Shown one piece after another: positions 54,824 through 64,000 of a stretch of 64,000 bases of DNA; position 1 is the stretch's first letter, and each line of letters starts with the position of its first letter. Origin of the DNA: a virus. A program made the position numbers and the translations under genes. Location of the stretch: IMG/VR virus record IMGVR_UViG_3300044633_000521, one strand, 5' to 3'. Under the pieces are notes generated by a model. The model had not been told where the DNA came from and ran no database searches. It saw only the letters and a list, made by a program, of their open reading frames with translations.

Positions 54824-56144
54824 TCGCAAAGTATGGCCAATAAAATCAGATACCTCATGCTACCTTAAATGGTCATGGAGTACGATCTATCTCAATCGTG
54901 CTACTACTGCTAGTTGTCATCGCACAGTACACAACGATTTAACTGTAGAAAACTTTGATAATTTCCACAACCTACCTAAAAAGTTAGATGACCGTAAGCG
55001 TATGCTTGCTGGTGGGTGGCCTGAGGAAAGTGAAACAGATAAGTTCGGCCTTAACGGCTGTACATATTGTAAGCACATGGAAGACAAAGGCGGAGTTAGT
55101 GATCGCCTAGTGCAACTGCGTAATCTTAAAGGTGTGTTTGAAACCCACACCAACGTACTGCCTCCGGAACTTATCGAAAATCCAGAAGCCATAGAAGTTA
55201 CTCCTACTATTGTAGAAGTCTACTTTAACAATGTATGTAACATGGCCTGCTTGTACTGTGGTCCGCATTTCAGTACCATGTGGGAAGAAGAGAATCGCAA
55301 ATTTAGTGCTGTGGAAGATGGCATTTTAGTTAACCCAAGTTGGGAACGTGATCAAACTCGCTATGATGATATGCGTGATAAGTTGTTTGAGTGGTTACGC
55401 ATTCACGGGCATAAGATCTGGAACTTTGGTATGTTGGGTGGCGAACCCTTCTTCCAAAAAGAATTTGACATGGTCTTAGATCATTGGGACAACTATCCTA
55501 ACCCAGACCTGTTCTTTACTATTGTTACCAATCTTAAAGTAGAGCATAAGCGTTTTGTTGGCTATATTGATAGACTTAAACGTATGGTTGACGATAAAAA
55601 GATTAAACATCTTAATATCAGTGCTAGCATGGACTGTTGGGGTCCGCAGGCAGAATACATTCGTTGGGGATTAAAACTTAGCGAATGGGAAAAGAACTTT
55701 GAGTACATGGCCAAACAAGAATGGATTATTCTTAATGTTAATCTAACCATTACTCCACTTAGTATTAAAACTCTACCCGAGCTTATTGAGAAACTAAATG
55801 CTTTAGATAAGTTTAGAGCACCTACTAAGCATATCTGTATTAGTTTTATGCACGTCTTACAACCTACACAGTTAAACCCCTTGTGGTTTGGCCCTGGTGT
55901 ATTTACTGAAGATATGCAGAGAGTCATTGACGTCATGCCTACGGTCACAGAATATCAGCGGAACTTTAAAGAGTATATGGCAGGTATTGCTAACAGCATA
56001 GAAAAGACACCGCGTGATCCTAGTAAAATTCTTATGCTAGAAACCTACTTAAATGAAATGGATCGTCGCAGGGGCACTAACTGGCGAGATTTGTGGCCTT
56101 GGTTAGAAGATCAATTTGCGCAAGCGCACCAGGAAGTGTTGTAA
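54807..56144 (+). CDS. Radical SAM protein
   Basis: CYLKW...SCH...CTYC; CNMACLYC; GGEP; DRRRGTNW tail. Confidence 0.9.
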   Translation: MNMTDNRKVWPIKSDTSCYLKWSWSTIYLNRATTASCHRTVHNDLTVENFDNFHNLPKKLDDRKRMLAGGWPEESETDKFGLNGCTYCKHMEDKGGVSDRLVQLRNLKGVFETHTNVLPPELIENPEAIEVTPTIVEVYFNNVCNMACLYCGPHFSTMWEEENRKFSAVEDGILVNPSWERDQTRYDDMRDKLFEWLRIHGHKIWNFGMLGGEPFFQKEFDMVLDHWDNYPNPDLFFTIVTNLKVEHKRFVGYIDRLKRMVDDKKIKHLNISASMDCWGPQAEYIRWGLKLSEWEKNFEYMAKQEWIILNVNLTITPLSIKTLPELIEKLNALDKFRAPTKHICISFMHVLQPTQLNPLWFGPGVFTEDMQRVIDVMPTVTEYQRNFKEYMAGIANSIEKTPRDPSKILMLETYLNEMDRRRGTNWRDLWPWLEDQFAQAHQEVL

Positions 56145-56185
56145 AAATACAACATTTTATCAAACTATGTTGTCAAAAGGCAACA
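56137..56185. promoter_or_regulatory. Tandem TGTTG-N8-CAACA palindromes upstream of the porin gene
   Basis: TGTTGTAAAAATACAACA (56137-54) and TGTTGTCAAAAGGCAACA (56168-85). Confidence 0.55.
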
Positions 56186-56264
56186 CTCTGTTAACGACTA
56201 CGATAAATACGTATACACTGATAGTATAACATTAGTGTTATCCATTAAAAGGAGAAGTAAAGTA

Positions 56265-57476
56265 ATGAAGAAATTATTATTAGCAACATTATTAGCTGGT
56301 ATGTACTCTACAGCAAACGCAGGTATTCAAGTTCCGGCAGGTGATTGGACATTAGACATTGGTGGCGTTGTTAACGCTTACTATACAAACACACGCGGCA
56401 CAGGTAGTGCAGTGGTTGGTGGTCTAGGTGGTCCTAATGCCAATGCTCAACGTAACGAATCAAACATTACAACAGGCTTGTTACCAAACGTATTATCAAT
56501 TTCTGGTAAATCACGTCAAAATGATTTAGACATTGGTTTTACAATCGCTATTAACCCAGGTGCTTCAACAACACAGGGTGGCGATCAAGGTGCTAATCAA
56601 GAAAATCGTCAAGCATTTTTAACTATCGGTGATAAATCATGGGGTAGTGTAAAACTAGGTAAAGACCTGGGTATTTTTGCTAGTGATGCTATCTTAAACG
56701 ATATGACATTGTTAGGTGTTGGTGCAGGTGCTGGCGCACTAGCTGGTAACACAACTACATTAGGTCGTATCGGTAGTGGCTTTATGTATGCTGACTGGAA
56801 ATCACAAGTTGCTTACACATCACCAAACTTTGACGGCTTCCAATTCACAGTAGGTGTAACACAGGCATGGAACGCTCAAACAGCTGATCTAAATGCCGTA
56901 ACTGCTGGCGTACAAGCTGCTTCAGCTACATCAACAGGACGCGGTGGTGCTCAACCAGCATTTGAAGGTAAAGTATCTTACTCATTAGAAGGTCCTATTG
57001 CTGCTAAAGTATGGTCAAGTGCTATTTCACAAAAAGTTGAAGGTGTAACTGGCTCTGCCGCAGATGACCGCGCTTATGCTTGGGACGTTGGTACTAATTT
57101 AGCTGCTGGTCCATATGGCTTAACTGCTTACTACTATGATGGTAAAGGTATTGGTCGTACTATTCAATTAGTAGACGGGTTTGATACTACAGGTCGTCGT
57201 CGTGATTCAAACGGTGGCTACGTTCAAGGTACATACACATTGCCTACAGCAACTAAACTTGGCGTAAGCTGGGGTCAAAGTAAACTAGGCCGTAACAGTG
57301 GTGAAACAGCTACCGCATTGGTTTCGAAAAACGAAATGTGGACTGTTGGTGCTTATCACCCACTCACAAAACACGTGAACTTAGTAGCTGAATACTCAGA
57401 CGTTAAATCAGAAGCACAAAACGGTGCTGAAGGTAAATCACGTTCAGTATCGGCAGGCGCTATCTTATTCTTCTAA
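56265..57476 (+). CDS. Outer-membrane porin
   Basis: Signal peptide MKKLLLATLLAGMYSTANA; RQAF...WGSVKLG and Y.SPNF.GF motifs; C-terminal Phe; strong Shine-Dalgarno. Confidence 0.9.
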   Translation: MKKLLLATLLAGMYSTANAGIQVPAGDWTLDIGGVVNAYYTNTRGTGSAVVGGLGGPNANAQRNESNITTGLLPNVLSISGKSRQNDLDIGFTIAINPGASTTQGGDQGANQENRQAFLTIGDKSWGSVKLGKDLGIFASDAILNDMTLLGVGAGAGALAGNTTTLGRIGSGFMYADWKSQVAYTSPNFDGFQFTVGVTQAWNAQTADLNAVTAGVQAASATSTGRGGAQPAFEGKVSYSLEGPIAAKVWSSAISQKVEGVTGSAADDRAYAWDVGTNLAAGPYGLTAYYYDGKGIGRTIQLVDGFDTTGRRRDSNGGYVQGTYTLPTATKLGVSWGQSKLGRNSGETATALVSKNEMWTVGAYHPLTKHVNLVAEYSDVKSEAQNGAEGKSRSVSAGAILFF

Positions 57477-57494
57477 GAATAATTTAGTTTAACC

Positions 57495-57524
57495 AAAAAA
57501 GCTCACTTCGGTGAGCTTTTTTTT
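57495..57524 (+). terminator. Intrinsic terminator
   Basis: AAAAAAGCTCAC-TTCG-GTGAGCTTTTTTTT. Confidence 0.9.
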
Positions 57525-57557
57525 GACTATAAATAATAAAGCATATATAATAGTATC

Positions 57558-58376
57558 ATGATAAAAATTAGTCTAGACACCAAAGTAAAAATGTTGCAAA
57601 CGTTTGCCTATGTTGGTTTTATTTACACCATGGCATATCAATTTAATTTAATATATCTGCTATTAAGTTTGGCATTTAGCTGGATATTATTCCTAATAGG
57701 CGCTAGCATGGGCCTACACAAATACAGTAGTCATAAAAGTTTTGAATGTAAACACCCTGCCTTTAAGGTGATTATGTTATTTTGTAGTTCTATCCTTAGC
57801 CTAGGTAGCAATATTAGTTGGGCCGCTACTCACCGTAAACATCATCAGTTCAGTGATAAACCAGAAGACCCACACAGTCCTAACACTCATGGCGGTGGAG
57901 TTTGGCGCAGTATTAAACTTTGGTTTTATTATTTCCCTACCTATCATATTAACCCAAGAACAGTTAAAGACTTGATGTCAGACTCTACACATAAATTTTT
58001 CCATCATCATTATTTTAAAATTGTGCTAGGGTATGTATTGCTGCTGTCTCTAATAGATATTAAGTTAGCCTGTTACCTTTACTTTGTTCCGGTAATTTAC
58101 GGATTTACTGCTATCAGTTATATCACAGTGCTAGCACACAATACTTGGTTGTCTCGGTTTGGCTATAAGAATTTTGATAGTCGAGATTTAAGTTTTAACA
58201 GTCGTGTGGCTAGTGTTTTTGTGCCAGGCGACGGCAATCATAATAATCATCATGCTAGACCAGGCGCCGCCCGCAATAAGTTCACAGATCAAGATTGGGA
58301 TTTGGGTTTTTGGCTAATCAAATTGATTGGGCGTGTGCCAAATAGAGTTCAGTACAACCAACACTTTCCTACTTAA
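57558..58376 (+). CDS. Membrane fatty acid (delta-9-type) desaturase
   Basis: His boxes HKYSSH, HRKHH, HNNHH; DPHSP; transmembrane segments. Confidence 0.9.
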   Translation: MIKISLDTKVKMLQTFAYVGFIYTMAYQFNLIYLLLSLAFSWILFLIGASMGLHKYSSHKSFECKHPAFKVIMLFCSSILSLGSNISWAATHRKHHQFSDKPEDPHSPNTHGGGVWRSIKLWFYYFPTYHINPRTVKDLMSDSTHKFFHHHYFKIVLGYVLLLSLIDIKLACYLYFVPVIYGFTAISYITVLAHNTWLSRFGYKNFDSRDLSFNSRVASVFVPGDGNHNNHHARPGAARNKFTDQDWDLGFWLIKLIGRVPNRVQYNQHFPT

Positions 58377-59163
58377 GAAAACGGATGATCCAACCAGCTG
58401 GATCAAAGCGTTCATTAACTTCTTGATAATTGTATTTTCCGGGATAGACATGGTGGCTGTGGTGATATCCTTCTCCAGCAAACAATACTGTAAAGAACAA
58501 ACTATCCCAGCTGTGGTCTAGTTCGTTGTAACTGTTTGTGCCATTAAACAATTTCTTCCATCGAGGGCTGTGCGCTACAACAGTGACATAGCTCATCCCT
58601 AAAAATACATACACTGCCGGTAAAGCAAAGAAATACACAAAGTACATTGGACCAACTAACAATAGACTAGCAGGAACCACTGACCATATTGTCCAATAGT
58701 TTTTATGAAAGAATTTGTAATCGCTATCGGCTGTTAGGTCTTTAACTATTCTGGGACTAATAGTGCTAGTAGGGAAATGATAGAACCACAACTTAATATT
58801 GTGCCATAAACTATCAGTCAATATAAACGGATCAGTCGGACCGTCACTATCTCTATGATGTTGACGATGCCCAGCAGCAAATCCTATACTAGTACCTAGA
58901 GTTGTTTGCGTACCTGCCCATAATAGGAATAACTTTATTAATCTATTACGCGGCTCAAATGTTCGATGACTTGCCCATTTGTGTAAACTAATACTAACTC
59001 CAACGCAAAATAATACCCAACCTATTAATAATCCCCATAAGAATAACTCTAAGTCAAAGACAAATACTAATGTAAATAATACCGTTAGATATAACAGTGA
59101 TTGGACAATCAAAGTCTGCTGATAGTTTGACAAGTTTTTTACATGATAGTATAATTTAAGCAT
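58369..59163 (-). CDS. Membrane fatty acid (delta-9-type) desaturase
   Basis: His boxes HKWASH, HRQHH, GEGYHHSHH. Confidence 0.9.
   Translation of the reverse strand: MLKLYYHVKNLSNYQQTLIVQSLLYLTVLFTLVFVFDLELFLWGLLIGWVLFCVGVSISLHKWASHRTFEPRNRLIKLFLLWAGTQTTLGTSIGFAAGHRQHHRDSDGPTDPFILTDSLWHNIKLWFYHFPTSTISPRIVKDLTADSDYKFFHKNYWTIWSVVPASLLLVGPMYFVYFFALPAVYVFLGMSYVTVVAHSPRWKKLFNGTNSYNELDHSWDSLFFTVLFAGEGYHHSHHVYPGKYNYQEVNERFDPAGWIIRFLK
59127..59155 (+). promoter_or_regulatory. Sigma70-type promoter embedded antisense in the desaturase 5' end
   Basis: TTGACA-17 bp-TATAAT, 24 nt before the acetyltransferase ATG. Confidence 0.7.
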
Positions 59164-59179
59164 AATTATATTTACTTAT

Positions 59180-59893
59180 ATGACAATCACTGACAAAAAA
59201 TCACCATTGGTAATTATCGGCTGTAGACAAACGTGGGACTTTATAGTCGACACCTGCGCGGCCTTAGATATAGAAGTTCTGGGATTCTTAGATCAATACT
59301 ATGCTGGTCGTATTGAGTCAGTCGACGGACTACCTTGCTTAGGTAGTGAACTTGATCTAATATCAAATCCTAAAAAATTCAATGACGCTAAATTCTTTGT
59401 AGGTAACTTCTGGGATGGTAATAGTAACCTAGGCAGTGACGTCCTAAGTGGCTATCAATTACGCCTACAACGAATTAAGTTTATAGATGATCTACAGCTA
59501 CCGTTACATACTTTAATAGATCCACGCAGTCTTTTAAGTAAAAATGTAGAATTCGGACCAGGAACATTTGTTAGCCGAGGTGTAAACATCAGAGGTGGGG
59601 CACGTGTAGGCCAACATTGTAACCTATTGGACAATTCAGGTTTTGCCAACGACGTTACAGTTGGTGACAACTGTATACTAAGTGCTGGTGCGTACTTAAT
59701 GAGCAATGTTATCTTGGGCAATAATGTTTATGTGGGTACTAAGGCCACAGTGTTAAATGGACATAGTGCTAAACAGCCTAACGTAACGATTGGCGACAAT
59801 TGTAAAATTTACGCACATGAACTGGTAACAAAAGACATGGAGCCTGGAACTACTGCGGCCTATGGAAAATTATTAAAAAGAACTGATCTGTGA
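59180..59893 (+). CDS. NeuD/PglD-like sugar acetyltransferase (hexapeptide repeats)
   Basis: N-terminal LVIIG...GFLD domain, TLIDP, left-handed beta-helix repeats. Confidence 0.8.
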   Translation: MTITDKKSPLVIIGCRQTWDFIVDTCAALDIEVLGFLDQYYAGRIESVDGLPCLGSELDLISNPKKFNDAKFFVGNFWDGNSNLGSDVLSGYQLRLQRIKFIDDLQLPLHTLIDPRSLLSKNVEFGPGTFVSRGVNIRGGARVGQHCNLLDNSGFANDVTVGDNCILSAGAYLMSNVILGNNVYVGTKATVLNGHSAKQPNVTIGDNCKIYAHELVTKDMEPGTTAAYGKLLKRTDL

Positions 59894-60963
59894 TATTATT
59901 ATTCAATGTAAAAATTACCAGCCAAGGACTAAGTTATTATCATCGCAGTGACTGGTTACCTAAATATAGTCGAATGGACATATTTAAATATTGCCTGGCT
60001 AGTTACGCAGCAATGCTACCAGTAATTTCTAAATGTATTTTCTACATTCAAATTGAAGCTGAGTTTGCTAATCGTAAACAAGAGCTAGAAGAATATATCT
60101 ACACGTTGTTTCCTGATGTAGAGCTACATTGGCACCGTATCAATCATACCAGAGACTGGCGTACACTATGCGAACAGTTTACAGATGACAATGAACTAAT
60201 CTTCTTTGCTGGCAATGACGACCATATCTTCATTGACAGTAGTTTGGATATGCTACGTGCTGGTATTAAAAATCTACAACAAGACCCTAATCCCTACAGT
60301 GTAATCTATTACAGCCATTGGCCTGAACAGATGCGATTGAGTAAGCACCATAACTGTGAACTTACAGCAGATGGGAACTATGTCAAATATACTTGGCGTA
60401 CCTTTGATGCTATACGTATTCTTAAGGTAGCACGCTTTAAGAAGTATTGGGCAGACAATGAATACGGCGATGAAGTGGTATTCCGCACAGATACACTGTG
60501 GCACAAAGGTTACGAGCTAACCGCTCCAGTATACGCACCATTGCGCGAGCTAGTCAGACATTACGACGGATACAGTCACGTAAGCCCACAGATAATTAAC
60601 GTTGCTCCGCCGTTGGTTATCCCGGATGGCTTCTTTGGTACTGGTATGGAAATACGTATCGGCTACACTGAAAGAGATAACACCTGGACTAATTTTAATC
60701 CTACTAGCCAATGGCTCTATGCTGCCCAACCCACAGGTACTGATTATCGTTGGGTTCAAGAAGATATTCCTTTATTTTGGAAGGATAAGATTGTTTGGGT
60801 TGACACAAATGAAGACTATGATCAACTAGCAATGAAACAAGCACGTGATGCAGCCTATATAGCTAGCACACGTGTACCTATGCATTGTTATAGCACCGAC
60901 TTTGATCATACCAATAGCATACCAGTTGAATGGCTAACTCCACATTTGAGATCACGTGGCTAA
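59890..60963 (+). CDS. Glycosyltransferase-like hypothetical protein
   Basis: FFAGNDDHIFID DxD-like motif, RHYDGYSH; sugar-gene context. Confidence 0.5.
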   Translation: MILLFNVKITSQGLSYYHRSDWLPKYSRMDIFKYCLASYAAMLPVISKCIFYIQIEAEFANRKQELEEYIYTLFPDVELHWHRINHTRDWRTLCEQFTDDNELIFFAGNDDHIFIDSSLDMLRAGIKNLQQDPNPYSVIYYSHWPEQMRLSKHHNCELTADGNYVKYTWRTFDAIRILKVARFKKYWADNEYGDEVVFRTDTLWHKGYELTAPVYAPLRELVRHYDGYSHVSPQIINVAPPLVIPDGFFGTGMEIRIGYTERDNTWTNFNPTSQWLYAAQPTGTDYRWVQEDIPLFWKDKIVWVDTNEDYDQLAMKQARDAAYIASTRVPMHCYSTDFDHTNSIPVEWLTPHLRSRG

Positions 60964-61696
60964 CTTAATAAAAACATTTCGTGGCTTTAGCGGCAATCAA
61001 ATATTCCTAATGGAAAACGAGCAGGGCTTGTTTGTTAGGAAAGTTGGGGCAGTTGGCCGAAACGTAGAACGACTAACAGCCTTAAGATTAGGTGGATATC
61101 CTGTGCCTTATATAATTAGGAATAGTGATATTACCCTAGACATGGAATACATACACGGCCTAGATATTAAAACATATCTTAAGAGCCATCAACCTAATCG
61201 TCTACTACAATTTTTAATTGAACTTATAGCACAACTAATGGGAGATCAATCGCTTAAAGACTATACCGAAGTTTATAAATCTAAACTATCTGAAATAGAC
61301 TTTACTCTACTACCATTTACTGCTGAAGAACTTATAGCCAGATTGCCCACACACTTACCACATAGCAATTATGTAGGTGACCTGACATTAGAAAATATCA
61401 TTTACACAGAAGGTGGATTTTATCTAATTGACTGTGCTACTATAGAATATGACAGTTACGTATTTGACATTGCTAAATTGTGTCAAGACTTGGATTTACA
61501 TTGGTTTACTCGTAACGATGATATTGTATTAGATGTTAAAACAAATTACATCAGTCAGCAACTTAAGTTATGCTATCCAGAAGCAGATAATGATTACTTG
61601 TTAATCCTAATGCTACTACGTGTTTATAGACATGCTCAACGAGGTACGTTTGAGCATATATTTTTATTAGAAGGAATTAAACGATTATGGAAATAA
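60956..61696 (+). CDS. APH / choline-kinase-like phosphotransferase
   Basis: VRK, MEYIHG, GDLTLENII, YLID, DIAKL.QD. Confidence 0.75.
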   Translation: MANLIKTFRGFSGNQIFLMENEQGLFVRKVGAVGRNVERLTALRLGGYPVPYIIRNSDITLDMEYIHGLDIKTYLKSHQPNRLLQFLIELIAQLMGDQSLKDYTEVYKSKLSEIDFTLLPFTAEELIARLPTHLPHSNYVGDLTLENIIYTEGGFYLIDCATIEYDSYVFDIAKLCQDLDLHWFTRNDDIVLDVKTNYISQQLKLCYPEADNDYLLILMLLRVYRHAQRGTFEHIFLLEGIKRLWK

Positions 61697-62709
61697 TTGT
61701 ACCAGCCGCAGGATTAAGTACACGCTTTCCGGGTATGCGCCCTAAGTACAGTCTTGCTGACTATACTGGTGACATGATGTTTGAACGTAGTATTGCTCCT
61801 TACCTGGGTAAGCATCACATCACAATAGGGTTGATAGAAGAAAATGAACAACGGTATTCGGTTGTAGATTATATTCTAGACAAATATCCCAACGACATTA
61901 CTGTTATTGTTTTACCTAATCGTACAACTGGCCCAGCCGACACAGTATATCAGATCATCAAAGCCGCAGAAATTGCCCCAAGTACGGAGATATTAGTTAA
62001 AGACTGCGATAGTTTCTTTAACCACGAATACCAAGAAGGCAATTATGTCTGTGTAAGCAGTATTAAAGATCACGACGTGCTTAAGAAGTTAGGCAGTAAA
62101 AGTTTTATTATCAGCAACGATCAAGGTATTATTACTAGCATTATTGAAAAACAAGTGATCAGTGATAAATTCTGCGTTGGCGGCTATAAGTTTGCTAGTG
62201 CTAGTATGTTTGTTGACGCATATAATCGCCTTAATGCGGCTAATGTAAAAGAAATCTTTGTTAGCCACGTTATCGAACAGTGCCTAAATGATCAACACAT
62301 TTTTAAAGAATCATTAGTCACTGACTATGACGATGTGGGCACCGCTGAAGATTGGTTTGAGTATAATGACAAAGCAGTGGTGTTCTGTGATATAGACGGT
62401 ACAATTATTGTGGCGCAGAATCGTATGAAGGATGATCCAGTTACACCATTGCCTAAAAACATTGAACGAGTTAAACAACTAGTAGCCAACGGCGGCCAAT
62501 TAATCTTTACCACAGCTAGGCCCGAAAGCCGTCGCAAAGAGGATATCGCCATGCTTAAGAGCTTGGGCTTTGTTGACTTTGAATTAATCAGTGGGTTAAA
62601 GAATGTTAAACGTATCCTTATTAATGATTATAATGAAGCAAATCGGTATCCGCGTGCTATTGCTGTTAATTTAAAACGTGATAGTGATAATTTAACAGAT
62701 TTTATTTGA
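61687..62709 (+). CDS. Nucleotidyltransferase fused to a HAD phosphatase
   Basis: IVPAAGLSTRF..PK, T.GPADT, KDCD, D.GT; then FCDIDGTI, TARP, INDY. Confidence 0.85.
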   Translation: MEIIVPAAGLSTRFPGMRPKYSLADYTGDMMFERSIAPYLGKHHITIGLIEENEQRYSVVDYILDKYPNDITVIVLPNRTTGPADTVYQIIKAAEIAPSTEILVKDCDSFFNHEYQEGNYVCVSSIKDHDVLKKLGSKSFIISNDQGIITSIIEKQVISDKFCVGGYKFASASMFVDAYNRLNAANVKEIFVSHVIEQCLNDQHIFKESLVTDYDDVGTAEDWFEYNDKAVVFCDIDGTIIVAQNRMKDDPVTPLPKNIERVKQLVANGGQLIFTTARPESRRKEDIAMLKSLGFVDFELISGLKNVKRILINDYNEANRYPRAIAVNLKRDSDNLTDFI

Positions 62710-62734
62710 CTTATTCACAGATATAAGGTATACT
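62706..62734 (+). promoter_or_regulatory. Sigma70-type promoter (leaderless)
   Basis: TTGACT-17 bp-TATACT; ATG 6 nt later. Confidence 0.7.
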
Positions 62735-62740
62735 AATTAT

Positions 62741-62980
62741 ATGAAATATACACAAGAAGAAATCATACAACTTGCTAAAGAAGTAGAACTTAGTGATGAA
62801 ATTGATTGGGAAGGCCTACCTTTAGAAAAGGACAGGATCTATCAATTAGTTGGCAGTCAAGCGTATGAGTTATATCAACATTACACGCAAAGTGACGATG
62901 GCGAAGCAATATTGTTAGCAACAGTAACTAAACTGTTAGTAGAGAATTTTGTATTAAATCTAAAAGTAAACTCAATCTAA
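62741..62980 (+). CDS. Hypothetical protein
   Basis: 79-aa ORF after a promoter. Confidence 0.65.
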   Translation: MKYTQEEIIQLAKEVELSDEIDWEGLPLEKDRIYQLVGSQAYELYQHYTQSDDGEAILLATVTKLLVENFVLNLKVNSI

Positions 62981-62990
62981 GGAGAGCAAC

Positions 62991-63185
62991 ATGGCAAAAA
63001 CAAACGCAACATTTAAATTTGGTAAAATGAACAAGATTCAATTGGGTGGGATATTAGATCCAGAGGCACGTCGCATTTATAAAAACGCAATGGTTGATGC
63101 TCAGTCAAGTTTTACGGCCAGCAAAAATCGTAAGTTTAGTGAATTGCGTTCTAGCAATACTCCGCAATTACCTAAGGCTGAATAA
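62991..63185 (+). CDS. Hypothetical basic protein
   Basis: AAGGAG Shine-Dalgarno, 64 aa. Confidence 0.65.
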   Translation: MAKTNATFKFGKMNKIQLGGILDPEARRIYKNAMVDAQSSFTASKNRKFSELRSSNTPQLPKAE

Positions 63186-63186
63186 T

Positions 63187-64000
63187 ATGGATTATAAAGT
63201 CGCAGACATTGGCCTAGCCGCATGGGGCCATAAAGAAATAGCAATTGCGGAAACGGAAATGCCGGGATTAATGGCAGTTAGAGAAGAATACCGACTACAG
63301 CAACCACTTGCGGGTGCTCGTATCGTAGGGTCATTACATATGACTATTCAAACTGCGGTGCTAGTACAGACACTTATCGCCTTAGGTGCTGATGTACGCT
63401 GGTCAAGCTGTAACATCTTTAGTACACAGGATCATGCGGCAGCTGCCTTAGCTGAACAAGGTGTTCCTGTGTATGCGTGGAAAGGTGAAACAGAAGCTGA
63501 TTACTGGTGGTGTATTGAACAGACAATCAGTGGTAAAGAAGGTTGGACACCAAATATGATCTTAGATGACGGCCATGACCTAACTTGGTATATTCATCAA
63601 AACTATCCAAACTTACTAGCAGGCATTCGCGGAGTTACAGAAGAAACCACAACAGGTATCCATAAGATCAACGAAGCTATTGCCAACGGCAGTTTTAAAC
63701 TACGTGCTATTAACGTTAACGATAGTGTAACTAAAACTAAATTTGATAACTTATACGGATGTCGTGAAAGTTTAGTTGATGGTATTAAACGTGCTACTGA
63801 TGTTATGATCGCAGGCAAGATTGCTGTGGTAGCAGGGTTTGGAGATGTGGGCAAAGGTAGTGCGGCTGCATTACGTGCCTTAAGTGCTCAGGTTTGGGTA
63901 ACTGAAGTAGATCCAATCTGCGCACTACAGGCCGCAATGGAAGGCTATCGTGTGGTTACTATGGACTATGCCGCAGACAAAGCAGACATCTTTGTAACAG
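63187..64000 (+). CDS. ahcY: S-adenosyl-L-homocysteine hydrolase, 3' truncated by the window edge (not in the ORF track)
   Basis: [81 protein letters not shown]. Confidence 0.97.
   Translation, partial: MDYKVADIGLAAWGHKEIAIAETEMPGLMAVREEYRLQQPLAGARIVGSLHMTIQTAVLVQTLIALGADVRWSSCNIFSTQDHAAAALAEQGVPVYAWKGETEADYWWCIEQTISGKEGWTPNMILDDGHDLTWYIHQNYPNLLAGIRGVTEETTTGIHKINEAIANGSFKLRAINVNDSVTKTKFDNLYGCRESLVDGIKRATDVMIAGKIAVVAGFGDVGKGSAAALRALSAQVWVTEVDPICALQAAMEGYRVVTMDYAADKADIFVT

Noticed and set aside
1-64000. Stop-codon reassignment
   Set aside because: Core genes are intact in the standard code and end in TAA, TAG or TGA; no conventional suppressor tRNA was found.

Overview
64 kb fragment of a large T4-like myovirus genome, AT-rich, standard genetic code. 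The host is probably a Gram-negative bacterium, possibly a freshwater betaproteobacterium, judged only from the porin and AhcY-like genes. 1-12.9 kb: modular tail-fibre genes. 13-35 kb: neck (gp13/14/15-like), dNMP kinase, tail sheath and tube, gp4, both terminase subunits and probable internal head proteins. 35-46.6 kb: gp32, UvsX and UvsY interleaved with radical SAM, sulfotransferase-like, SDR, methyltransferase and nucleotidyltransferase genes. 46.6-52.6 kb: an RNA-rich island with RNAP omega, a SutA-like peptide, 15 tRNA genes and several unexplained structured RNAs. 52.6-64 kb: PAAR, 2OG-Fe(II) oxygenases, porin, two desaturases, sugar-modifying genes and a partial ahcY. The strongest candidate for an undescribed system is at 47.25-48.7 kb. 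A consensus sigma70 promoter drives a 43-aa leader peptide that contains all 20 amino acids, and its stop codon lies inside an antiterminator stem that competes with an intrinsic terminator in front of a 9-tRNA operon. This looks like a general translation-stress attenuator that would switch on phage tRNAs. The same island carries a circularly permuted (YrlA/Y-RNA-like) tRNA, an 8/4 initiator-like tRNA and three multi-stem RNAs. Across the window many genes appear leaderless (TAAATA-N5-ATG). All calls come from reading the sequence by eye; no database searches or folding programs were run.
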